From an uncultured Thermotogae bacterium (GTDB lineage Bacteria > Bipolaricaulota > Bipolaricaulia > M55B111): a stretch of DNA of 40,541 bases. This document shows positions 8,415-17,537 of the stretch, piece after piece. The notes under the pieces were generated by a model, which saw only the letters and a list, made by a program, of their open reading frames with translations, had not been told where the DNA came from and ran no database searches. A program made the position numbers and the translations under genes. How positions within the stretch are numbered: position 1 is the first letter of the stretch; each line of letters starts with the position of its first letter. The stretch lies in the NCBI GenBank assembly GCA_964576335.1, contig CAZNVA010000001.1:1-40541 (forward strand), in the 5' to 3' direction.

Positions 8415-8424
8415 TACCACAAAA

Positions 8425-9096
8425 ATGAAGAAGATATTTACTTACGTAAAGAATACTTTTATAAACGGTTTGCTCGTTATCCTTCCCCTGAGTATTACCT
8501 TTTACGTCCTGTGGTTAATTTACAGGACCGTGCTCAGGTTTACCGGTGAGGGTTCGGAAATGGGGAGGTTAATTGGGGATTTCCTCCAGCTGACCATAGG
8601 AAGGGAGTGGTTCCCCGGGATCGGTGCGATTTTGACGCTGCTTCTGGTGTTCCTGGTCGGTTTGGTAACGAGAATATACGTGGGAAGGAAGGTTTACTCG
8701 CTCATGGATAGGGTAATTGGCTCGACCCCGGTAGTAAACAAGATGTACGTAACCCTGAAACAGATCACAAACGCAGTTTTGAGCAGCGAATCCAATACCT
8801 TTCGTGATGTAGTTATGTTCGAGTTTCCCCGTAAGGGTAGTTACGCCGTGGGATTCGTCACCAACGAGGATCTCGGTGAAATAGAAGAAATAATTGGAAA
8901 GGACGTAGTAGCTACCTTTATTTTTACAACCCCTAACCCCTTGAGCGGTAAGACACTGTTTATTCCGCGGGAAGACCTTACTTACCTTGATTTGACTGTA
9001 GAAGAGGGGTTGAGGTTGGTCCTATCGATGGGGATTGTAATCCCATCTAAGCTCCTCGATAATAAGGTCGGACCGAAGGTTACGGGAGAGGAATAA
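8425..9096 (+). CDS. DUF502 family membrane protein
   Basis: 223 aa with two N-terminal TM segments. Family-typical blocks are GLLVILPLSITFYVLW, PGIGAILTLLLVFLVGL and FPRKGSYAVGFVT. Confidence 0.75.
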   Translation: MKKIFTYVKNTFINGLLVILPLSITFYVLWLIYRTVLRFTGEGSEMGRLIGDFLQLTIGREWFPGIGAILTLLLVFLVGLVTRIYVGRKVYSLMDRVIGSTPVVNKMYVTLKQITNAVLSSESNTFRDVVMFEFPRKGSYAVGFVTNEDLGEIEEIIGKDVVATFIFTTPNPLSGKTLFIPREDLTYLDLTVEEGLRLVLSMGIVIPSKLLDNKVGPKVTGEE

Positions 9097-9098
9097 AT

Positions 9099-9935
9099 AT
9101 GCCGTTATTTAGAGATGAAGAATATCTCAGAGTAGATTTTGAGGAAGAAGAGGAAAAGGACGAGGCACTGTGGGTGAAGTGTAAATCCTGCGACAAGCTG
9201 ATTTTTAAGAAGAAGCTCCAGGAAAACAACCACGTCTGTCCGAACTGTGGCGCTTACTTCTTCCTTACGGCTAAGGAAAGGATAAAAAATCTAACCGACG
9301 AAGACTCGTTTGAAGATAAAACCAAGAGGATCGAGTCCGACGATCCGCTCGATTTCGTTGATTCCCAGGGGTACGCCGAGAAGATTGAGGAAAACCAGGC
9401 CGAGACGGGGATGTTTGATGCGATAATTGTTGGTACAGGAGCAATCAAGGAGCAGGACCTGGTTCTTGCTTCCATGGATTTTCGTTTCATCGGGGGTTCC
9501 ATGGGTTCCGTCGTTGGTGAGCAAATAGTAACCGGAATTGAGCTCGCTGCGGAAAAGGATTTACCTTTTGTCCTGGTAAGTTCTTCCGGGGGAGCACGTA
9601 TGCAGGAAGGCCTGCTATCGCTGTTTCAGATGGTCAAAACTACTTCCGCCCGCGACCTACTCTCCGAGGCCGGGTTGCCGTTTATTTCCGTTATGACTTA
9701 CCCTACTACCGCGGGAGTTGAGGCAAGTATAGCAAGCCTGGGGGACGTAATAATAGCGGAGAGGGGTGCCCTGATCGGTTTTGCCGGCAGGGACGTCATA
9801 GAACAGACGATCGGAGAAGAACTGCCTCAGGACTTTCAATCGAGTCAATTTGCCCTGGAACACGGTATGGTTGATTCCGTCGTGGAAAGGGATTCCATGC
9901 GGGACGAGATTGCGAACATACTGGGGTTTTTCTAG
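9099..9935 (+). CDS. accD: acetyl-CoA carboxylase carboxyltransferase subunit beta
   Basis: 278 aa. N-terminal zinc finger CKSCDKL..CPNCG, followed by the carboxyltransferase fold (FIGGSMGSVVGE, SSGGARMQEG). Confidence 0.93.
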   Translation: MPLFRDEEYLRVDFEEEEEKDEALWVKCKSCDKLIFKKKLQENNHVCPNCGAYFFLTAKERIKNLTDEDSFEDKTKRIESDDPLDFVDSQGYAEKIEENQAETGMFDAIIVGTGAIKEQDLVLASMDFRFIGGSMGSVVGEQIVTGIELAAEKDLPFVLVSSSGGARMQEGLLSLFQMVKTTSARDLLSEAGLPFISVMTYPTTAGVEASIASLGDVIIAERGALIGFAGRDVIEQTIGEELPQDFQSSQFALEHGMVDSVVERDSMRDEIANILGFF

Positions 9936-9941
9936 ATAGCT

Positions 9942-10907
9942 ATGAGTGAAGAACGGACGTTAGAAGAATTAGAAGAACAGATAGATCGGCTGAAGTCACT
10001 TGATTCGCGGAACGGGCTGGATCTTACGGAAGAGATAGATACGCTAACCGAAAAACTGGCAGCCCGTAAAGAGGAATCGAAGGAGGAAAGGGACGAGTGG
10101 GATAAGGTAAAACTGGCACGGCATCCGGATCGCCCCGACTCCGAGGATTACCTGGAGTACCTTACTGATGATTTCTACCCGCTGCACGGTGATAGGTTGC
10201 TCGGGGACGACAATGCACTTAAGGGTGGTCTGGCCAAATACAGGGGGCAGACCATAGTTGCAATTGCGCAGAGCAAGGGTGGTGACGCGGAGCAGTCCCA
10301 GGAGACGAATTTCGGGATGCTCCGTTCGGAGGGATACCGCAAGGCCAGAAGGTTGATGGACCTTGCCGAAAGGTTTAACTTCCCTTTGCTGACGATCATC
10401 GATACCCCTGGAGCCTATCCGGGTAAAGAGGCCGAGGAAAGGAACATCGGGGGAATGATTGCCAGGAGCATTTCGAAGATGGTTTCCCTGGAAGTACCAA
10501 CTCTGGCCGCCGTTATCGGCGAAGGTGGCAGTGGAGGGGCTATTGCAATCGGAGCTGCCGATAGGGTCCTAATGCTGGAAAACTCGATATACTCGGTAAT
10601 TTCGCCGGAAGGAGCTGCGGCGATACTCTGGGGCGATCGCGACAGGGCGGACGACGCGGCCCGGGCGCTGAAGTTAACCGCGGAGCACGCCAGAGAGCTA
10701 GGTGTCATAGACGAGATCGTTACCGAGGGTGGAAAAGGGGCCCACGTGGATTTCGAAACTACTGCCGATAACCTGTCCGAAGCCCTATCAGGGTACCTGG
10801 ATGAGCTAAAAGCTTATGACCGCGACGAGCTACTGGCTCGACGCCGCGAAAAGTACCGGGATATAGGTAGTTACCGCAAAGTAGTTAAAAAGAAAAAGGA
10901 AGAATAG
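9942..10907 (+). CDS. accA: acetyl-CoA carboxylase carboxyltransferase subunit alpha
   Basis: 321 aa. Motifs ARHPDRP, DTPGAYPGKEAEERN and GEGGSGGAIAIG are present. It lies immediately after accD. Confidence 0.93.
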   Translation: MSEERTLEELEEQIDRLKSLDSRNGLDLTEEIDTLTEKLAARKEESKEERDEWDKVKLARHPDRPDSEDYLEYLTDDFYPLHGDRLLGDDNALKGGLAKYRGQTIVAIAQSKGGDAEQSQETNFGMLRSEGYRKARRLMDLAERFNFPLLTIIDTPGAYPGKEAEERNIGGMIARSISKMVSLEVPTLAAVIGEGGSGGAIAIGAADRVLMLENSIYSVISPEGAAAILWGDRDRADDAARALKLTAEHARELGVIDEIVTEGGKGAHVDFETTADNLSEALSGYLDELKAYDRDELLARRREKYRDIGSYRKVVKKKKEE

Positions 10908-10908
10908 T

Positions 10909-11727
10909 TTAGACTTCCGCTACGATACCGGCAATTAACCTCCCCAGTTTTTTATTGGTCTTTTCGGTTACTTCCAGAACTTCTTCGTGCGAGAGTTCAT
11001 CCTGCAGGCCCGCCGCTTTGTTCGTTACCAGCGATATTGCCAGGACGTCTATCCCGGAATGGTTTGCGGCTATGGTCTCCGGAACTGTCGACATACCGAC
11101 CAGATCGGCACCAAGGGTTCTCAGTCCGGAAATTTCGGCCGGGGTTTCGTAGCTCGGTCCCGAGGTCATTGCGTATACACCCTGTTTCAGCTCGATTCCC
11201 ATCTCCTCCGCCACTTCCCTGGCAGCTTCTCTCAGTTTCTCCGGGTAAGCGTGGCTCATGTCGGGGAAGCGGGGCCCGAACTCTTCCTGGTTGGGGCCTC
11301 TCAGAGGGTTGTCCCCGGAGAAGTTAATATGATCCTTTATCAGGCATAGGTCCCCCGGAGAGAAGTTACTGTTTATCCCGCCGGCGGCATTGGTCATGAA
11401 AAGTTTCTCGACACCGAGTTTATAATGAGTTCTGACCGGATAAATTACGTCGTCCCAGGAAAGGCCCTCGTACCAGTGCAATCTGCCCTGCTGGATCAGA
11501 ACGGGTTTTCCCTCGATTTTGCCCGCGATGAACTTCCCTTCGTGCCCCTCCACACTGGGTTCGGGAAAGTTCGGGACCTCACTCCAGCTAAATTGGGCGT
11601 CGACTTCCACGAGTTCGCTCATGGTTTCCGAAAGCCCGGAACCAAGAACCATGCCAATTTTCGGGTTCAAGGTGATTTTCTTTTTGATAAAGTCGGTACT
11701 CTCTTTGACTTTTTCTGGTTTGTTCAA
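10909..11727 (-). CDS. punA: purine nucleoside phosphorylase (PunA / trimeric PNP family)
   Basis: 272 aa. Motifs GSGL, GRLHWYEG, TNAAGG and GMSTVPE are present. TTG start with a GGAGGAG SD. The start overlaps the disA stop as TTGA (11727-11724). Confidence 0.85.
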   Translation of the reverse strand: MNKPEKVKESTDFIKKKITLNPKIGMVLGSGLSETMSELVEVDAQFSWSEVPNFPEPSVEGHEGKFIAGKIEGKPVLIQQGRLHWYEGLSWDDVIYPVRTHYKLGVEKLFMTNAAGGINSNFSPGDLCLIKDHINFSGDNPLRGPNQEEFGPRFPDMSHAYPEKLREAAREVAEEMGIELKQGVYAMTSGPSYETPAEISGLRTLGADLVGMSTVPETIAANHSGIDVLAISLVTNKAAGLQDELSHEEVLEVTEKTNKKLGRLIAGIVAEV

Positions 11728-12785
11728 GTTTCTAACTCCTCCATTAGTGTAATTCTGTTTTCCAGCCGTTTTAGTCCGGCTTTTATGGTGTTTGACCTCG
11801 TTTCTGCTATTCCCCGGACCTGCTGTAGCTCTTCCCTGTCGGCCTCCAGGATTTTCTCGAGATCGCCGAACTTCTCGACCATTCTTTCAATAACTGAGTG
11901 CGGCAACCTCGGAATCTGGTGCAGCACCCTGTAACCACGCGGCGAGAGGAACTCGTCCAGATCCTCTTCCTCGTAACCGAGCAGTGCCATGATACGCTTC
12001 GTCGGGGGTGGCGTGTCGGAACAGAGGTCGATGATCTTTGAACGGACCTCATCGTAGTTGTCCTTGGGTTCCTTCTGGAAGTCCTTGATCATGAATTCCA
12101 GGTCCCGTTCGATCCCGGCCATCATATTGTCAAGCTGCCTACCGGGCAGGGCCTTTTCCTCGCCCAGTTCGACGAACATTCTTAGTATTTCCTCCTTCAG
12201 AGTCAGCATCTGGCCGATTTCGGACAGGGGGTTTGCGACGTGAAACGGGAGCACGTTTCCGTCCAGCTCCAGCGCAGTCAACTCCTGAATGGCCTCGTCG
12301 TAGTTGCCTCTGTACTGTTCCATGATCAGTAGTGCCTGGTTGACTTTGGACATGATCGTGGAGATCTCCCTCAGGATATACCTCTGGTCCTTGAAGTAGA
12401 GCGTGACCCTGTTCCTGCGTTCCGATATTGCAATGACTGGTATCTTCAGCTGCTTTGCGGATTGCTCGGCGGCTTTGTGTCGCGTGCCAGTTTCCTTGCT
12501 CTCTATGGAGGGATCGGGTGACAGGTGTGCGTTTGCGTAAGTAATTCGTTCCAGGTCGTCGTCGATAACTATTGCCCCGTCCATCTTTGACAGCTCGCTG
12601 ATCCGCTGTGAAGTAATTTCCGAGTCGATCCTGAAACCGGTCGTAATCAATTCCTCTACGGTATCCAGGGAAGAGAGAACCAGCATACCGCCGTTACCCT
12701 GTTCCACGATTCTATCGATGGCATCCCTGAGTTTAGTCCCCGGAGCAGTTTTTTCGAGCAGTTCTTCAAGCGTTTTGAAAGGCAT
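11724..12785 (-). CDS. disA: DNA integrity scanning protein DisA (diadenylate cyclase)
   Basis: 353 aa. DAC-domain motifs DGAIVID and GTRHKAAE, plus a C-terminal helix-hairpin-helix region (VRGIAETRSNTIKAGL). Confidence 0.93.
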   Translation of the reverse strand: MPFKTLEELLEKTAPGTKLRDAIDRIVEQGNGGMLVLSSLDTVEELITTGFRIDSEITSQRISELSKMDGAIVIDDDLERITYANAHLSPDPSIESKETGTRHKAAEQSAKQLKIPVIAISERRNRVTLYFKDQRYILREISTIMSKVNQALLIMEQYRGNYDEAIQELTALELDGNVLPFHVANPLSEIGQMLTLKEEILRMFVELGEEKALPGRQLDNMMAGIERDLEFMIKDFQKEPKDNYDEVRSKIIDLCSDTPPPTKRIMALLGYEEEDLDEFLSPRGYRVLHQIPRLPHSVIERMVEKFGDLEKILEADREELQQVRGIAETRSNTIKAGLKRLENRITLMEELET

Positions 12786-12786
12786 A

Positions 12787-14133
12787 TTACTCCTTTACCT
12801 CAAGTTCGTTTAATGCCGCTGAGACGTCACCTACGGGTATAACCTCCAGCTCCGACTCTATTCCTTCCAGCGTCGGGTTGCTTTTGGGGACGAGCGCCCT
12901 GGTATATCCCAGCTTTTCGGCTTCGTTTAACCGCCCCCCAAGACTCTTAACCGGTCTCAACTCGCCACTAAGGCCGACCTCACCGATTATTACCGTCTGG
13001 TGAGGAATCTGGACCTCGTTTAAGCTTGAAATGATCGCCGCAATAACTCCCAGGTCGGCGGCAGTTTCTTCGATAGTAAACCCACCGATTACGTTAAGAT
13101 AAATGTCGAATTCCTGCAAATTTATACCGAGCTGTTTCTGGATAACCGCGAAGAGAAGCGAGATTCGGTTATAATCCAGACCCGTTGTTCGCCGCTGGGG
13201 GCTACCTCCGAAGTTTGAGGGTGTAACCAGGGCCTGTATTTCCGCCAGGATGGGTCGAGACCCCTCGACCGTACATACAGTGGTTGTACCATTACCATCC
13301 GTACCGCCATCCTTCTTGGCGAAGTACTGGGATGGGTTGATTATCTCCTTCAGACCCGTTTCGGTCATCTGAAACAGGCCAAGCAACCCCGTGGAGCCGA
13401 ATCTATTCTTTTCGGGCCTGAGAAGTCTTACGTTACTATCGCGCTTGCCTTCAAAGTAGATCGTGGCGTCGACCAGGTGTTCGATCGTCTTCGGACCGGA
13501 AAAATCGCCCGATTTGGTTATGTGGCCGATGAGAATTATTGGGATTTCTTTCTTTTTGCCGAGCCTGGTAAACTCACGTCCCAGCTCCCGAACCTGTTTC
13601 GTACTCCCGACGGAAGCGGAGCTATCTGGGCTTTTGAGTGACTGTATCGAATCAACTACGACGCAGACCGGATCGAGTTCATCCAGGTGATGGATCGATT
13701 GTTTCAGGCTGCCACCGCTATAAACTATCAGGTTTTCGGAGGATAGGTTTAACCGTTCTGCCCTCATTTTTAACTGTTTGGAGGACTCTTCTCCGGAGAC
13801 GTAGAGGACTTCGCCCCGACTGGATAGATTATTTGCGGCCTGGAGCAGCAGCGTTGACTTCCCGATACCGGGATCGCCGCCGAGGAGAATTATTTCGCCG
13901 GGAATTAACCCACCGCCCAGGACTCGATCGAATTCCTCGATTCCGGTGGGTATCCGGTCCTTTGGATCGAAAGAAATATCGGAGAGCGGGGTAGGGGACT
14001 CGTCAGTTAGGACCTCGTCGGTCCCACCCTCCGAATCGTCCTCCTGTTCGAAGGCATCCCACTCTCCGCACTTCGGACACCGTCCAAGCCACTCGACTGA
14101 AGTGAAGCCACAGTTAGTACACTTGTATGCCAT
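12787..14133 (-). CDS. radA: DNA repair protein RadA/Sms
   Basis: 448 aa. Zinc finger CTNCGF..CPKCGEW, Walker A GDPGIGKST, the KNRFG motif and a Lon-like C-terminal domain. Confidence 0.95.
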   Translation of the reverse strand: MAYKCTNCGFTSVEWLGRCPKCGEWDAFEQEDDSEGGTDEVLTDESPTPLSDISFDPKDRIPTGIEEFDRVLGGGLIPGEIILLGGDPGIGKSTLLLQAANNLSSRGEVLYVSGEESSKQLKMRAERLNLSSENLIVYSGGSLKQSIHHLDELDPVCVVVDSIQSLKSPDSSASVGSTKQVRELGREFTRLGKKKEIPIILIGHITKSGDFSGPKTIEHLVDATIYFEGKRDSNVRLLRPEKNRFGSTGLLGLFQMTETGLKEIINPSQYFAKKDGGTDGNGTTTVCTVEGSRPILAEIQALVTPSNFGGSPQRRTTGLDYNRISLLFAVIQKQLGINLQEFDIYLNVIGGFTIEETAADLGVIAAIISSLNEVQIPHQTVIIGEVGLSGELRPVKSLGGRLNEAEKLGYTRALVPKSNPTLEGIESELEVIPVGDVSAALNELEVKE

Positions 14134-14139
14134 TCACTA

Positions 14140-16623
14140 TCAATCTCCGACACCGACGGTGCTCTTCTCGTTAACCCCCTCTAATTTTATTTCGCCTTCC
14201 TTGCTATCCACGGAAACTACGTCCTTGTTGGCAAAGTCATCCTTGAGCAGGTGATCCGATATCTTGTTTTCGATCAGGCGTTCTATCGTTCTCCGCATCG
14301 GTCTGGCTCCGTATTTGGGGTCATAACCTTTTTCGACGAGAATCCCTTTTGCGGATTCGGAGAGTTCTAGCTGCAGTCCGTGTTTCTCCTGTAGCCTGTC
14401 GTCCAGCCTGTCCAGCATTAGGTCGGCAATCTGGAACACCTCTTCCTCGGTCAGCTGGTGGAAGACGACCGTATCGTCCAGCCTGTTCAGGAACTCGGGT
14501 CTGAATTCGTCCTTGACCTTTTCCATTACCATGTTCTTCATTTCTTCGTAGGATTCCTTGGAGTCGACCTGTTGCGAGCCGAAGCCAAGCTGGGTTTTGT
14601 CGGTAATAAGTTTACCACCGAGGTTGGAAGTCATGATCATGACGCTATTACGGAAATTGACCTGTCTTCCCTGGGAATCAGTCAGAACCCCGTCCTCCAT
14701 TACCTGAAGCAGTATGTTGAAGACGTCGCTGTGGGCCTTTTCGATTTCGTCGAACAGTATGACCGAGTGGGGTCTGTGTCTTACCGCTTCCGTAAGCTTC
14801 CCGGCTTCTTCGTAACCGACGTAACCCGGAGGGGCTCCGGTCAGTCGTGAAACGTTGAATTTCTCCATGTACTCCGACATGTCCACGCGGATCAAGGCCT
14901 CTTCGTCCCCGAAGAGAAATTCGGCTAAAGTCTTGCTCAGTTCGGTTTTCCCCACGCCCGTGGGTCCGAGGAACATGAAGGAGCCAATTGGTCTATCCGG
15001 ATCCTTGACACCCGAGTACGCCCGCCTCAGTGACTGAGAAATGGCTTTTACCGCTTCGTTCTGGCCGATTAACCGCTTGTGTATTTCATTTTCCATGTCG
15101 ACCATGCGCTTTCTCTCTTCCTTCTGCAGACGACCGACGGGAACACCGGTCCAGGAGGAGACCATTTTTGCTATGTCCTTGCCTTCGACCATTCCGTCGC
15201 CGTTATGAGAGCCTTCCCCTTTTTCGTCGTAGTTCTCCAGCTCTTCGTCCAGTTCCATCCGTTCGTCACGCAGCTCTGCCGCTTTCTCGTAATTGCCGGC
15301 GTCGGTTGCCTCTTCTTCCCGCTCCTTGATCGTAATTCTTTCCCGGGAGACCTCTCGTAGTTCGGGCGGGAGGTTGAAGTTGTCCAGCCTGACCTTTGCT
15401 GCGGTCTCGTCGATCAGGTCTATTGCCTTGTCCGGCAGGAACTGGCCCGTTATATACCGATCACTCAACCTTGCTGCTTGATCGATTGCCTCGTCCGTTA
15501 TTTTGACGTTGTGGTGACTTTCGTATCTATCCCTTATGCCTTCCAGTATTTCTATTGTGTGTTCTATCGAGGGCTCTTCCACGGTTATGGTCTTAAACCT
15601 CCGTTTGAGAGCCGGGTCCTTTTCCACGGATTTGCGGTAATCGTCGATGGTCGCGGTACCGATACTCTGTATAGCACCGGACGCCAGGGGTGGTTTCAGG
15701 ATAGAAGAAGCGTCTATTGCACCCTCTGCCCCACCGGCCCCGACAACGGTACTCAACTCGTCAATGAACAGGATAATCCGGTCCTGGTTCGATACTTCGT
15801 TTATGAGAGTCTTTAACCGCTGTTCAAATTCTCCGCGGTACTTGGTCCCTGCGACCATTGCGGCCATATCTACTTCGTATATCTTTTTGTTTGATAGTAG
15901 CTGTGGTACTTCCTGGTTTGCAATTCTCTGAGCCAGACCTTCCACGATCGCGGTTTTCCCGACTCCGGCTTCCCCTATTAGGACCGGATTGTTCTTTTTC
16001 CGTCTGCTGATGGTCTGGATCACGCGGTCGATTTCTTGTTCTCGCCCTATAACGGGGTCGAGTTCGTCTTCTCTTGCCTCTTCTATCAGGTTCCTTCCAA
16101 ATTCTTCCAGAACTCCTTCCTCGCTACTACCCTTCTCCGTGGATTGAAGTTTTAATTCCATGCCTTGCTTGGAGTCGCCCTTTCTCACCATGGAGAAGTA
16201 GGAGCGTGCCTTTCGAGAAGTAATCCCGAACTGTTTGATTACGGAAGAGGCAGTTCCATCCCCTTCTTCGAGAATGCTGATCAGGAGATGAGCAGGTTCA
16301 ATTTTGTTCTCGCCCTGGGTAGACCTGGCCTCGTCGTATCCCATCTTCATGATCTTTTTGAGTTTAGAAGTTGGTTCTAGCTCGTCCTGGAGGGGCAGCG
16401 ACAACTCTTCTTCGTCGTTTCTCTTGACCACCCTGAGGACGTGATGATAGGACAGGCCATTGTCCTTTAGAAACTTGTATACTCTCGTATTTTTTGCCTT
16501 GAGCAAAGCCAATAATAGGTGTTCCGGCGAGACTGCTTTATCGTTTAATTTTTCCGCCTCGTCGTATGCCGTGGCCATTATCTCCATCGATTTTTTTGAA
16601 AACTTCTTATACATGTTACTCAC
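14140..16623 (-). CDS. clpC: ATP-dependent Clp protease ATP-binding subunit ClpC
   Basis: Clp N-domain repeats, two Walker A boxes ([16 protein letters not shown]) and a UVR-like linker ([13 protein letters not shown]). The start is ambiguous. GTG 16623 lies 5 nt after GGGAGGTGA, and ATG 16614 lies after AGGTGAG. The ORF-track GTG 16632 is inside the SD itself. Confidence 0.92.
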   Translation of the reverse strand: MSNMYKKFSKKSMEIMATAYDEAEKLNDKAVSPEHLLLALLKAKNTRVYKFLKDNGLSYHHVLRVVKRNDEEELSLPLQDELEPTSKLKKIMKMGYDEARSTQGENKIEPAHLLISILEEGDGTASSVIKQFGITSRKARSYFSMVRKGDSKQGMELKLQSTEKGSSEEGVLEEFGRNLIEEAREDELDPVIGREQEIDRVIQTISRRKKNNPVLIGEAGVGKTAIVEGLAQRIANQEVPQLLSNKKIYEVDMAAMVAGTKYRGEFEQRLKTLINEVSNQDRIILFIDELSTVVGAGGAEGAIDASSILKPPLASGAIQSIGTATIDDYRKSVEKDPALKRRFKTITVEEPSIEHTIEILEGIRDRYESHHNVKITDEAIDQAARLSDRYITGQFLPDKAIDLIDETAAKVRLDNFNLPPELREVSRERITIKEREEEATDAGNYEKAAELRDERMELDEELENYDEKGEGSHNGDGMVEGKDIAKMVSSWTGVPVGRLQKEERKRMVDMENEIHKRLIGQNEAVKAISQSLRRAYSGVKDPDRPIGSFMFLGPTGVGKTELSKTLAEFLFGDEEALIRVDMSEYMEKFNVSRLTGAPPGYVGYEEAGKLTEAVRHRPHSVILFDEIEKAHSDVFNILLQVMEDGVLTDSQGRQVNFRNSVMIMTSNLGGKLITDKTQLGFGSQQVDSKESYEEMKNMVMEKVKDEFRPEFLNRLDDTVVFHQLTEEEVFQIADLMLDRLDDRLQEKHGLQLELSESAKGILVEKGYDPKYGARPMRRTIERLIENKISDHLLKDDFANKDVVSVDSKEGEIKLEGVNEKSTVGVGD

Positions 16624-16658
16624 CTGGCTCACCTCCCAAGAATTCCTCGTCCGGCAAA

Positions 16659-16688
16659 ATTATATATAAAGCAAATTATAGTTGTCAA
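16659..16688 (-). promoter_or_regulatory. candidate housekeeping-sigma promoter for clpC-radA-disA-punA
   Basis: On the minus strand: TTGACA (16688-16683), an 18-nt spacer, then TATAAT (16664-16659), about 30 nt upstream of the clpC SD. Confidence 0.5.
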
Positions 16689-16690
16689 AA

Positions 16691-16722
16691 CGAAAAAAGT
16701 TCCGGACCTATTCTTACCGGAA
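16691..16722 (-). terminator. intrinsic terminator after the L25/Ctc gene
   Basis: On the minus strand: stem TTCCGG/CCGGAA (16722-16717 / 16705-16700) with an 11-nt loop, followed by CTTTTTTCG. Confidence 0.55.
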
Positions 16723-16743
16723 TCAACTGATCCTGGAGTCAAA

Positions 16744-17478
16744 CTATTCAACCTCAGCGCTTTCCTCTTCCTCGGCTCCCGGAGCTTCTTCTCCCTCGGG
16801 AAGCTCTTCTTCGCCTTCTTCCAGTTCTTCTTCGCCTTCCGCAAGTTCTTCTTCCAGTTCTTCTTCGCCTTCCGCAAGTTCTTCTTCTTCGCCAAGTAAC
16901 TCTTCCCCTATGGTCGGTTCAGTTAAGTCTATCTCGATTTCTTTCCGCGGGGCAAGTATGGAAAGTACCGTCCTGTCCTGCGGCGTAAGTATTTCGATAT
17001 CGCCCAGGTCCAGGTCCGAGACGTGTATAGAATCGCCTATTTCTAGCTCTTCTACGTCCAGTCTGAGTATCTCGGGTATATCGGTTGCTTCCCCGTGAAC
17101 AGTAATTGTTTCCATGAGCTGGTCCATAATTCCGCCGGAACTAACTCCTTCCGGAGTCCCTACCGTTACGACCGGTATATCCATTTCCACAGTATAATCG
17201 TCCGGAACCTCGTAAAAATCCAGGTGTTCCGGTTCGTCGGTAAGGTGGTCGTACTGAATCTCTTTCAGGAATACCTTGTGAGTTTCGTCTTCCATATCCA
17301 GTTCCAGCCTGGTGCTCCGGGTAATCCTATTCATTAGTTCCTTCATTTTCTTCTTGTCGACAGCTAAACTTACAGAATCTCGCTCGGGCCCGTAAATTAC
17401 CGCGGGTAACTTCCCTTCCCGCCGCAGAGTATTCGGGTTTTCCGAAGATTTCCTCTTACTTGCCTGAACCGTCTCCAT
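16744..17478 (-). CDS. rplY: 50S ribosomal protein L25 / general stress protein Ctc, with a ~50-aa poly-acidic C-terminal extension
   Basis: The LRREGKLPAVIYG motif and the Ctc two-domain length are present. ATG 17478 lies 5 nt after GGTGA; the ORF-track GTG 17487 is inside that SD. The tail reads EELLGEEEELAEGEEELEEELAEGEEELEEGEEELPEGEEAPGAEEEESAEVE. Confidence 0.9.
   Translation of the reverse strand: METVQASKRKSSENPNTLRREGKLPAVIYGPERDSVSLAVDKKKMKELMNRITRSTRLELDMEDETHKVFLKEIQYDHLTDEPEHLDFYEVPDDYTVEMDIPVVTVGTPEGVSSGGIMDQLMETITVHGEATDIPEILRLDVEELEIGDSIHVSDLDLGDIEILTPQDRTVLSILAPRKEIEIDLTEPTIGEELLGEEEELAEGEEELEEELAEGEEELEEGEEELPEGEEAPGAEEEESAEVE
16821..16886. repeat. perfect 33-bp tandem duplication inside the L25 acidic tail
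   Basis: CCAGTTCTTCTTCGCCTTCCGCAAGTTCTTCTT occurs at 16821-16853 and again at 16854-16886, with degenerate copies flanking. It is in frame (11 codons per unit). Confidence 0.9.
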
Positions 17479-17537
17479 TAATATCACCTTTCTGTTTGTT
17501 TTCTTATTCCGAAGTCGATCCTTTACCTACAATTATA

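Noticed and set aside
16725-16745. Possible CtsR operator near clpC (AGTCAAACTATTCAAC).
   Set aside because: Only one half resembles GGTCAAA. The element overlaps the L25 stop codon and lies upstream of the L25 terminator, on the wrong side of the clpC promoter.
16629-16895. An 88-aa lysine-rich ORF (MAKKKNLRKAKKNWKK...) on the minus strand, overlapping the L25 tail and reaching the clpC start.
   Set aside because: It is an alternative reading frame of the GAA/GAG-rich acidic-tail repeat, where GAAGAA read out of frame gives AAG. It has no SD and it runs across the L25 terminator and the clpC promoter.
16801-16900. Short-period repeats that could be mistaken for a CRISPR array or minisatellite.
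   Set aside because: There are only two perfect 33-bp units with no spacers, in frame inside a coding region. This is coding-sequence duplication, not CRISPR.
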